Below the pieces are notes generated by a model that was given only the letters and a program-made list of their open reading frames with translations, was not told the DNA's origin and did not search any database. From Chthoniobacteraceae bacterium (lineage in GTDB: Bacteria > Verrucomicrobiota > Verrucomicrobiia > Chthoniobacterales > Chthoniobacteraceae), in assembly GCA_037190965.1 (NCBI GenBank), contig JBBCKI010000024.1, forward strand, positions 21,005-85,004: a stretch of DNA of 64,000 nt, written 5' to 3'. Position 1 is the first letter of the stretch, and each line of letters begins with the position of its first letter. The position numbers and the translations under genes are program-made. Positions 18,971 to 26,711 of the stretch are shown in pieces.

Positions 18971-19711
18971 TCAATTTGTTCTCCGCCGGACTCGGTAAGC
19001 AGAGAGCAATAATCCGCCTGTCATTCCGAGGAGCGCAATGCCTGATGGTTCAGGGACCACGGCAAAGTTGTTGAACGACTGCTGATTTGAAGTGGTGGAC
19101 GGGGCATTTCCGTTGAAGAAGAGGTGAAACTGCGAGATTTCAGTCCCTCCAGCGGCGGCTATCAGGTTTCCGCTTCTGCTTATGACCGTTGTCGAGCCGA
19201 TTTGATTTACGGCAATCGTGTACGAGGAAGCGCCCGTAAGAGTGAATTCGATGTGGATTCCTTGAGTCGTCTTATTCGCTGACTTCCACCCCGGTCCATC
19301 GTCATCCGTCATCGTGTAACTGGGAGTGAACCCTCCGTAACAGTCGAACTCAAAAAGTAGACTGCCCGAGGCGTTCTCCAGCTTGAACCCGGCAACGCTC
19401 CCCATTTCGAGCGTACCACTGTAGTAGTCCATGCTGAATGTTTGCCCTATCCCTAAAGCCCCGCCAAATGAACGGACCGCTTGGGCGTTTGTGCCTGTGC
19501 TTGCTTGCAAGGTCAAGGCGGTCCCTGCCGAAAACGTGCCACTGGGACCGCTAGAATTGAGGGTCCAAGAAGAGCCCCAGCCGTACCCGCCATTGCTGCC
19601 GTTGCTCCAGCCCGTCGAGTATGCGGCATTTGCAGCCCTATCGGAAGCAATGGTCGCAGAGTTGCCGTGAACAGGTAGGAGGCAGACCACCGAAAACAAG
19701 AGGGGTTTCAT
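18971..19711 (-). CDS. PEP-CTERM sorting-domain surface protein
   Basis: Signal peptide MKPLLFSVVCLLPVHG; Ser/Gly/Thr-rich body; C-terminal VPEPSGIALLGMTGGLLLSAYRVRRR. Confidence 0.92.
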   Translation of the reverse strand: MKPLLFSVVCLLPVHGNSATIASDRAANAAYSTGWSNGSNGGYGWGSSWTLNSSGPSGTFSAGTALTLQASTGTNAQAVRSFGGALGIGQTFSMDYYSGTLEMGSVAGFKLENASGSLLFEFDCYGGFTPSYTMTDDDGPGWKSANKTTQGIHIEFTLTGASSYTIAVNQIGSTTVISRSGNLIAAAGGTEISQFHLFFNGNAPSTTSNQQSFNNFAVVPEPSGIALLGMTGGLLLSAYRVRRRTN

Positions 19712-19780
19712 TTTCCCGGCAAAGCCGGAAGGGCTCAGAAAAGGCGATGCCTTCAATTGTAAATCGCTGTCCATATAAAC

Positions 19781-19872
19781 GCTCCTTTATCGGAGTAAAC
19801 AACGGGCGAGGTCAAGGAAATGTGCTCCTTTATACGAGCACTTCCATGAAATGTACCCTTTATCTTGAGTAC
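19781..19872. promoter_or_regulatory. Three related operator boxes between the divergent PEP-CTERM and XRE genes
   Basis: GCTCCTTTATCGGAGT (19781-19796), GTGCTCCTTTATACGAGCAC (19822-19841), GTACCCTTTATCTTGAGTAC (19853-19872). Confidence 0.65.
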
Positions 19873-19888
19873 CCCGTCCTACGGGGGC

Positions 19889-20164
19889 ATGAAATCCGCG
19901 CTCAACATTATCGGCTCAAACATTCGCAAGATTCGGGCTTACAAAGGTCTTACTCAGGAGCAGGTTGCCGTAAAGTGTCAGGTTTTGGGCTTCGATTTGA
20001 CTCGAGGCACCCTTGCCAAGATTGAAAGTGGCGTTAGATCGGTCTCCGACCATGAAATTCCATACCTTGCACGCGCCCTCGAAGCCAACATCGAAGATCT
20101 TTTTCCCACGGAGCTGATTCCTGTGCATCGAGAGCCAAGATTTAAGGGGAGCAGGGATCAGTGA
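19889..20164 (+). CDS. XRE-family HTH transcriptional regulator
   Basis: IGSNIRKIRAYKGLTQEQVA...TRGTLAKIESGVRSV...LARALEANIEDLF. Confidence 0.92.
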   Translation: MKSALNIIGSNIRKIRAYKGLTQEQVAVKCQVLGFDLTRGTLAKIESGVRSVSDHEIPYLARALEANIEDLFPTELIPVHREPRFKGSRDQ

Positions 20165-20509
20165 CTGAGCGCTATAAAGCCGCTGGTCGCTTCTCCCGCA
20201 AGGAATATCTCGAAGAGCAGGGGGAACCCTATGAGTTTGGAGCCGATTTAGCAGTGGATACATTCAATCGGTCCGAGAACTCATGATCGAAGAAGCGAGC
20301 CCCCGGTCCTATCTTCCTCATGATAAAACGAAACAGGGATTTGGACGCGTAGCGGACAACATCCCATCCAGTGAAAAAAGCTCGAATTGAGAGCGACAGC
20401 GAACAATTCCCGACCTCGGTCGAGCTTTTTGAAAGCTCATGAAAATAACTTAGAATTTCCGGGCTAAGGAAGTTTTAAAGAAATTCTGGATTATTCTGAT
20501 CGAGTTTCT

Positions 20510-21160
20510 CTGTGGGTCGCTTGATTCACCGACTTCGCGTCGCGTCAAGACGCGCCGCTTAGTCGGTTCATCCGCTCCTAAGTGGCTAACTGCTCATTCT
20601 TCACAGTTAGCCCAACCTGATTTTTTTGACTAAATCATCGCGTAAGCGAAACGTAGCGGTGGCGTCAAGACATGGTTAGCCCTAGACGCCGATCAAAGCG
20701 TTTTTGGGCTATAAGGAGATAGGTCTCCCGCAACAACCGCTTGCCACTCGCTTGAGTAGCTTGCTGCGTTGTGAAAACGGCAATCGTAGGTCCGACTTTC
20801 CCCTTGGTAGGGCGAATGCATCCTAGCTCTTAAGGCGAGCGTCCGTTTCCGCTATCGACTCGACCGGCTCGGGAGTCACTCCGATTAAACCAGCTAGCCA
20901 ATTTTCGACTCTTTCGAGTCTTACCGTCTCCGGGTTTTTGAGAACTTTCGTTCCGCATTTTCCACAAGATCTAGCCCGGCGCATTGAGCCTCGCTAAAAG
21001 CGCAGTTTTCGCTCCCTCAAGAGACTACTGGCATGCGCACGGCGTCGTTTCCTTATGTTTCGGGGGCGTCTGTCCGTCTATTCCAGACTACGTTGACCCT
21101 TACTCATCGTCCACCTCGAATTCCAAACAGGGGCTATGACCCATCGAGGCGGCGGGCTAG
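20510..21160 (-). ncRNA. Candidate large structured non-coding RNA (~650 nt); the distal part may instead be a DNA origin
   Basis: No ORF of 60 aa or more; more than 12 stems; GAAA tetraloops and G-U pairs on the minus strand; long-range 8-bp pairing of 21153-21160 with 20971-20978; AT-rich promoter-like DNA immediately upstream. Confidence 0.6.
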
Positions 21161-21242
21161 TTATATTTACACATTAATTAATGCTTTTTAACCGAGAATT
21201 AAAATTTTTTATTCCCACGGCATTTTCTGTGTAAAGACATGG
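21161..21242. promoter_or_regulatory. Divergent promoter region with mirrored TGTGTAAA boxes
   Basis: TTTACACA at 21166-21173 (TGTGTAAATATA on minus) and TGTGTAAAGACA at 21228-21239, each 5-7 nt before the start of the RNA candidate or the GIY-YIG ORF. Confidence 0.55.
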
Positions 21243-21809
21243 GTGAATACCCAAGGGATCGTAATTTATGCCGTAGTATGCCTTGCCGACCGACATCGCT
21301 ACATCGGCAGCACCTCAAGAATCGAGAAAAGAGCGTTAGAGCACTGGCGTGATCTTGCCAAAGGAACTCATTTCAGCAAAAGCCTTCAGGTTGCATACAA
21401 TAGGCATGGGCGTGAAATGTTTGCCTTTTTTATTCTTGAGCGGATCAAAGATGAAGATCAAGTGCGCGAGCGGGAGGAATTCTATATTGCCGATGCCATC
21501 CGAGGAGGAGAAGCATACAACGTTTCACCCGTGGGTGGCAGTAGACGAGGCTATAAACTCAGCGAAGAGACTCGTAGAAAGCAGTCGCTTGCAAAAACCG
21601 GAAAAAGGCGTCCGGGATTCGGAGCTAAGATTGCGGCGAAGATTTCCAAAGTTTACCGTTTTCTATCTCCAGAAGGTGTATTGGTCGAAACATTCGGTCT
21701 GCGTGACTTCTGCCTGCGGCATGGCTTGAGCATGGGGAATATGAGCCGTCTTGCCAGAGGTTACTTAAAGCAATGTAAGGGCTGGACGGCTGCACCAACC
21801 CTTTCGTGA
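21243..21809 (+). CDS. GIY-YIG endonuclease with NUMOD3-type DNA-binding motif (homing-endonuclease-like)
   Basis: VIYAV...RYIGST..IEKR..EH, REREEFYI, YNV catalytic residues; KLSEETRRKQSLAKTG NUMOD3; C-terminal HTH-like FCLRHGLSMGNMSRLARG. Confidence 0.9.
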   Translation: MNTQGIVIYAVVCLADRHRYIGSTSRIEKRALEHWRDLAKGTHFSKSLQVAYNRHGREMFAFFILERIKDEDQVREREEFYIADAIRGGEAYNVSPVGGSRRGYKLSEETRRKQSLAKTGKRRPGFGAKIAAKISKVYRFLSPEGVLVETFGLRDFCLRHGLSMGNMSRLARGYLKQCKGWTAAPTLS

Positions 21810-22084
21810 AGCAAAAGCGGCGGCTACAGGCATTTAAAAGCGATTGAGGGGCATTTCTGGGGGAGAAATAGTTCACCGCCCCCCGGTTCTCGCAGATTTT
21901 CCAGTGATTCCGTTTTTTTCAAAAACGGCGGCGGGGCTGTCAGGTGCTAGAAAAAGACAATCTAATGTATATCTCGCAATCAGTTCAACCTATCTGCGAA
22001 AGAGAGCAATGACTTGCGACGGGCTATTGGCTACGCCGTTTTTAACAAAAAATCAAGAAATAAAAGTTGCATTTCTGCGGATTT

Positions 22085-22321
22085 ATGATCTTGAGTTTTT
22101 TTAAATTTGTTGATAATGGTTGTGTGTCGATTGAGAACAACGAATCCGAAGACAGTATCCTAGCGTTTCGCTTTAACGCTGAGGGGGAGGCTGTTTTCCT
22201 TCAGCAGTTCAAGTCAGAGCGAGATCGTCTGGCATTGATCTCCTTTGCAAGGATCGTTGTTGACCAACTGAGCGTCGATTTCACCAAATCTTTAAGCCAA
22301 CGACAGCTTCATCTTAATTGA
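22085..22321 (+). CDS. Small hypothetical protein convergent with the integrase
   Basis: Short ORF overlapping the integrase stop; no recognisable motif; start uncertain. Confidence 0.3.
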   Translation: MILSFFKFVDNGCVSIENNESEDSILAFRFNAEGEAVFLQQFKSERDRLALISFARIVVDQLSVDFTKSLSQRQLHLN

Positions 22322-23503
22322 ATCGACTAAATGCTGATTTTTTTCCATGACTCCCTTCGGTAGTATGTTCCAAAACTTTAGCGCATCCTTGTGGTGAACG
22401 ACATCACGATAGGTATTGTACAGGAGAACTGCATTGGGATGTCCTAGGAGCACAGCCGTTGCGCTTGCATTTTTGAAAGCTGCGACGTGATAGCTGGCGA
22501 ATGAATGGCGCATCGCATTCTGATGGTATTCGATTTTAGCGCCTTCGCGGACTTTGCGCAGTCGATTTGAGTAATTCTTTGGCGACACCCTGCCTGTAGA
22601 GGCGCAGCATTCCAGCCAAGCTAACGCATTTTTTGGAATTTCATTGGACCGCCTTCTCCCCTTTTTCGCAATCGCCGCAGTGACCTCCACTCGTCTTTGC
22701 TCTAGGTTTATATGCTGCCAGTCGAGCTTCTGTGCTTCCTCGACCCGAATTCCACAGAAGAGTACAAGGACCATGCACGCGCACTCCGCCTTGGCGTTCG
22801 AATCCAGAGCGTGCTGAAGGAGTGTCTTAACATCCGCTGTGGTCAGGCAGGTAACCTTGCTTTCGATTTGTTTTGGTTTTGGAACCTTGGCAAAGGGATT
22901 GAGTTCTCGGGAGATGTAGCCGCGCTCGGCTAGAAAATTGAACAGCAGGACGCCATGTCGTAGATGGTTTCTCCGTGTGGTTTGGTTCCACTTGTGATTC
23001 TTGTTGTAAATGTACCCCTCCGCTTGCTTGAAATCCACGTTAGTAACGAGGCAGTCTTTGAAGAACTTTTGGAGTGCGCCGAAATACTCTTCGGCAGATT
23101 CGAGGTATCGCTGACTTAGACCGGCTTTGGTTTTAATTTTAAGAAACTCTCTGATTGCCTCTTTGAAGGAAATTGCGGGCTTCGATGGCTTCGCGTGTTT
23201 TAAGAAGAACTCAACGGCATCGTTGAGGGATGCGCCGTAGGGGCGCAGTTTTTCGAGTGCTCCCAAGACCTCATAGCGGGTTGATTGCGCCAAATCGGAC
23301 AGCGCCAGCGGGCTTTTCCGTCGAATTTCTTCGTCTGCCTTGCGTTTGAATTCTTGAGCTGCCGCCAAAGTGGGAAAGGTCGGCTGCTTTCTCTTCCCCT
23401 GCACCATGCCCAAATCGACCCGGTAGCTGACGCTCCCACTGCGATTTCGCTTTGGGTGGATCTTTGTTTCCGTCTTCACCTGCATCGTGAAAACGTGCCT
23501 CAA
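22292..23503 (-). CDS. int: Tyrosine recombinase/integrase
   Basis: N-terminal arm-binding domain (SYRVDLG...KRKQPTF..LAAA); catalytic GIRVEE, AKKG, NAMRHSFASYH, LLGH, Y; start at 23503 (TTG) or 23485 (ATG); adjacent to the tRNA 3' end. Confidence 0.95.
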   Translation of the reverse strand: MRHVFTMQVKTETKIHPKRNRSGSVSYRVDLGMVQGKRKQPTFPTLAAAQEFKRKADEEIRRKSPLALSDLAQSTRYEVLGALEKLRPYGASLNDAVEFFLKHAKPSKPAISFKEAIREFLKIKTKAGLSQRYLESAEEYFGALQKFFKDCLVTNVDFKQAEGYIYNKNHKWNQTTRRNHLRHGVLLFNFLAERGYISRELNPFAKVPKPKQIESKVTCLTTADVKTLLQHALDSNAKAECACMVLVLFCGIRVEEAQKLDWQHINLEQRRVEVTAAIAKKGRRRSNEIPKNALAWLECCASTGRVSPKNYSNRLRKVREGAKIEYHQNAMRHSFASYHVAAFKNASATAVLLGHPNAVLLYNTYRDVVHHKDALKFWNILPKGVMEKNQHLVDSIKMKLSLA

Positions 23504-23583
23504 AGCGTGTCTCGGTCAAGCAAAAACTTCCCGAAATTCCTTTCGAGGTGTTTTTGTAAGTCTCTGGAAATCAGAGATTTAAG

Positions 23584-23665
23584 TGCCGGGGACAGGACTT
23601 GAACCTGCACTCCTTTCGGAACCAGATCCTAAGTCTGGCGCGTCTGCCAATTTCGCCACCCCGGC
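23584..23665 (-). tRNA. tRNA-Leu(TAG), integration target
   Basis: GCCGGGG-TG-GCGAAATTGGCAGACGC-G-CCAGA-CTTAGGA-TCTGG-TTCCGAAAGGAGT-GCAGG-TTCAAGT-CCTGT-CCCCGGC-A; long variable arm; CCA not encoded. Confidence 0.97.
23617..23637. repeat. att core direct repeat, copy 2
   Basis: Identical to 15032-15052; spans the anticodon arm. Confidence 0.93.
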
Positions 23666-23791
23666 GGGTGATAGGCGAGAGAAGGAAAGCGTTTCATGGC
23701 GGTAATCGCAAGCGATTTAATGAGCTGTGAGGATTGGAGCCCCGTCCGCCCTGGACCCGGTTTAGGAACGGCTCTCCCTATCACCCGCTGG

Positions 23792-25411
23792 CTAAAAGGA
23801 GACCAAAGAAACATTCTCTCCGTCGTTCTTTTGCAACGAGAGGCTGATCTGGCGCATGATCCAAACGCCGCGCTCAAAAAGTGAGGTGATGTAGAATAAC
23901 GTGGCGCGATCCTGATGCGCCAGTTCCCGTTCGGCGTTGATATAGGCACGGCGCAGCCGCTCCATCATATCGCCCCGGTCTTCGGTCATGCGTTGCAAAA
24001 GATCAATGTCCATGGCGTCTCCTGTTTCCACGGCATCGATGGTGCTCAAAAGGAGGGTCGCAAGGGCCTCGACCATGTTATGGAGCAGCGGGGCCAGCTT
24101 TGGAGAGACTTGGTTGCACTCTATCGTTTGGACTAGCCCGGAAACATTCTCACTCAGCGCCATGGTCAAGGCCAACCGCCGTTCAAGCCTCAGGAGTTGG
24201 CCGGAGGCTTCTCGCGTCAGGGGCTTGTTCACCAGATCAGCAAGAAAGTTCTGGATCTCCCGAGCCACCGAACCGCTTGCAAGGTGGAGGCTCTTGCTTT
24301 CGGCGGCTCCCCCGGTCCCTTCGTCCCTGACGCTATCGAGGGATTGCGGCGCATACTTGAGCAGGCGCAGAATCTCCTTGTCCACCAGTTCCAAAGCAGA
24401 GACGGGATCCTCCAGAGCCTGGTCGTGAATAAAGTGCAGTTTGGATAAATCCTGTTCCAGGGTGGGGGGAGAGAGGCGAGCCAGCCAACGGGATGCGCCG
24501 GGCTGAAGAATCAACGCCGAGCAGACGCAAACGCTTTGCAGCGCCACAAAGGAATAGGCAAGCCGGTCTTCGAGGCCAAAGGAAAGGCTCTGCAGAAGAG
24601 AACTGATGAGTGGAAGCCCTGTCCATACTTCGAGATAGAATGAGAAGAGAAGGAGAAGGCTCGCACAGAGATTGATTCCTCCTTGAAAAAGAGCGATCTG
24701 ACGGGGGATCCCGGCGATGTTTACCCCGAGCAGGAGCACGGTAGCAGCCACCCCTGCGCCAGTGCCAAACATCATCAGCATCGCCTGGTCTTCCTTCAAC
24801 AATCCCCCGTGCGCGAGCGCGATGGCGATGATGGCGATTGCTGAAGAGGATTGGATCACCACACGTAAGAGGCCGCCCAAAAGGAAGCAGGCAAAAATCG
24901 ACCCATGAAGAAATTCGGTCAGTGAGGTGAACCACGGAAAGGAGGGAAGCGGCGCGAAAGCGTCCTTCATCAGCTTGAGGCCGAGAAAGAGGATGCCGAT
25001 GCCAAAAAACGTCCCCGCCAGAATGCGAACCTTCCCCCGAGCTTTGACAATATTCATCAACCCGGCAAGCCCAATGAGATAGAGCACCGCCACGTGGATA
25101 TTGACGGCGGCCAGGAGAACAAGAAGAGCGGTCCCCAGGTTTGCCCAGGCCACCACGGGCAACGCTTTGGAGACCGTCATCAACCCGCTCGAGATGACGC
25201 TGACGAGAATGAAGGTGACGGCCGTAGAGCTTTGGGTGATCGCTCCAAGAGCAAACCCCCAGAGTGAGGCAACCAGAGGCCGATTCGTCCACCGCGCCAG
25301 TACCCGGCGAAAGCGACGGCTGGTAATCTGCTGAAGATGAACCTTGATGTCATTGATTCCAGCGAGGAAGAGACTCAACCCCGCCAGAAAAGTCGCTAGA
25401 ATCTCGGTCAT
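23792..25411 (-). CDS. Na/Pi cotransporter family protein with PhoU-like C-terminus
   Basis: Two QSS motifs (TQSSTAV, IQSSSAI), ANLGT, many TM helices, helical tail. Confidence 0.88.
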   Translation of the reverse strand: MTEILATFLAGLSLFLAGINDIKVHLQQITSRRFRRVLARWTNRPLVASLWGFALGAITQSSTAVTFILVSVISSGLMTVSKALPVVAWANLGTALLVLLAAVNIHVAVLYLIGLAGLMNIVKARGKVRILAGTFFGIGILFLGLKLMKDAFAPLPSFPWFTSLTEFLHGSIFACFLLGGLLRVVIQSSSAIAIIAIALAHGGLLKEDQAMLMMFGTGAGVAATVLLLGVNIAGIPRQIALFQGGINLCASLLLLFSFYLEVWTGLPLISSLLQSLSFGLEDRLAYSFVALQSVCVCSALILQPGASRWLARLSPPTLEQDLSKLHFIHDQALEDPVSALELVDKEILRLLKYAPQSLDSVRDEGTGGAAESKSLHLASGSVAREIQNFLADLVNKPLTREASGQLLRLERRLALTMALSENVSGLVQTIECNQVSPKLAPLLHNMVEALATLLLSTIDAVETGDAMDIDLLQRMTEDRGDMMERLRRAYINAERELAHQDRATLFYITSLFERGVWIMRQISLSLQKNDGENVSLVSF

Positions 25412-25438
25412 GACGGGAGCCCGCGAACACCGCGCTTT

Positions 25439-25774
25439 TTAAGAGAGAGATCGCACCGCGGCGGCCCTGTCCGTGTGAAACTCGATAATCGCCGGAAAAC
25501 CGGAGATTTCAAAAATTTCCCTAACCCCGTTCGAGGCCGAACAAATGGCCATCCTGGTTTTGGAAATCGTGATCTTTTTCTGCGCTGCCAAAAAGACGCG
25601 GAGCCCGGCGCTGCTCACATATTCCAAACCGGAACAATCAATCACCAGCGGGGTTTGGCCCGCAGAGATCATCGCATCGAGCCTCTGTTCCAAAATAGGG
25701 CTGCTTAGACTATCAAGCCGCCCGGCGACGTCGCAAATATGAATCTCTTCGCTTTGGTGGCACTCGATTAACAT
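25439..25774 (-). CDS. STAS-domain anti-sigma factor antagonist
   Basis: GRLDS...IDCSGLEYVSSAGLRVFL...VREIFEISGF. Confidence 0.92.
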   Translation of the reverse strand: MLIECHQSEEIHICDVAGRLDSLSSPILEQRLDAMISAGQTPLVIDCSGLEYVSSAGLRVFLAAQKKITISKTRMAICSASNGVREIFEISGFPAIIEFHTDRAAAVRSLS

Positions 25775-25947
25775 GGATCGTCGAGTCTAAACCGATCCAT
25801 CAGCAAGGCACACGTTCCGATTTGTTACAATTCCATGACAACGCGAAAGGAGCACGGAAACGCCCATGCTCGCGTCTTGAAGGATCAGAAAAACCGTCTC
25901 GGGCTAATTCCCGGACACCGACCTAACCTTGATAATCTCGGGGAGGA

Positions 25948-26655
25948 CTACTGCTTTTTTTCCTCCGCGCCGTGGTCGCTGGAGCGGCTGCCCGCCAGTT
26001 CCTTGATCGGCTCGATCAACTTCGAGGGACGGACGCGATGCTGCTCCAGACGGGCCAGCTTGCGCCGAAGTTCGCCTTCCAGCGCCTCTTTCAGCGAGGG
26101 ATCGGCCTTAACGATTTTCGCATTCAAAAGCGTGTAATAATTGCGCAGGGCGACCCGTCTTCCCTCAAAGGTGGCGGCACTCTGGGCCCGGGCGAGTTCG
26201 GCAATAACGGCGGTATCCTGATGTGCCAGAGTTTTCAACTCCCGGATGCGGATTGCCTGCCGCAACTGTTCGGCGGTTCCCTTTTTCAGCGGACCGGTTT
26301 TTTCGACGCCGGCTTCTCCGGGGTTGTTGGAAAGAAAAGAGGCATCCGTTTCGTAGGTTGGGGAGCCTGACTCGGGGATCAACGGAAGCGGCTCGTCGAT
26401 GCTCTGCTGAAACGCCGAAGGATCGATTTTCGTCGGCACGGGTGAGCTTTCCGCCTCGGAATTGACGGGCTCGGGCGAGGCCGGTGTTGCTGGCGCTTCC
26501 CCTTCGGGAGCCAGGACCGGAGCCGTCGTCGCCTCCTCGCTGGCTGGAGCGGACGCGGCGCTTGGAACGGCCGCGCTTTGAATGGCCTCTTGGGCGGAAG
26601 CTACGGAGACAAGGCCTGCCATCAAGGCTGCGGCGAGAAATGGGCGTGTTTTCAT
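25948..26655 (-). CDS. Secreted hypothetical protein
   Basis: Signal peptide, Pro/Ala-rich linker, helical C-domain. Confidence 0.7.
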   Translation of the reverse strand: MKTRPFLAAALMAGLVSVASAQEAIQSAAVPSAASAPASEEATTAPVLAPEGEAPATPASPEPVNSEAESSPVPTKIDPSAFQQSIDEPLPLIPESGSPTYETDASFLSNNPGEAGVEKTGPLKKGTAEQLRQAIRIRELKTLAHQDTAVIAELARAQSAATFEGRRVALRNYYTLLNAKIVKADPSLKEALEGELRRKLARLEQHRVRPSKLIEPIKELAGSRSSDHGAEEKKQ

Positions 26656-26711
26656 TCGAGCGTCGGATACTTAACCAGAAATCGTTTGATTTGAAAAGAA
26701 GTCTCGCCACG

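Larger units (their letters stand above)
15053..23583. mobile_element. ~8.6 kb tRNA-Leu-integrated genomic island (integrative, possibly satellite-like element)
   Basis: Flanked by att repeats; tyrosine integrase next to the tRNA; visibly lower GC than the flanks; carries resolvase, XRE and GIY-YIG genes; no recognisable capsid or conjugation genes. Confidence 0.92.

Noticed and set aside
20790..20940. RNase P RNA (GGGAAAGTCGG and AAAACCCGG look like P4 strands)
   Set aside because: The motifs are in the wrong order and do not form the canonical P4 pairing
20510..21809. Group I or group II intron housing the GIY-YIG ORF
   Set aside because: A GAGACTA resembling P7 occurs at about 21021, but I found no matching S element, no interrupted host gene and no group II domain V; the structured strand is opposite to the ORF
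15053..23583. Intact prophage
   Set aside because: No terminase, portal, capsid, tail or lysis genes, and it is too small
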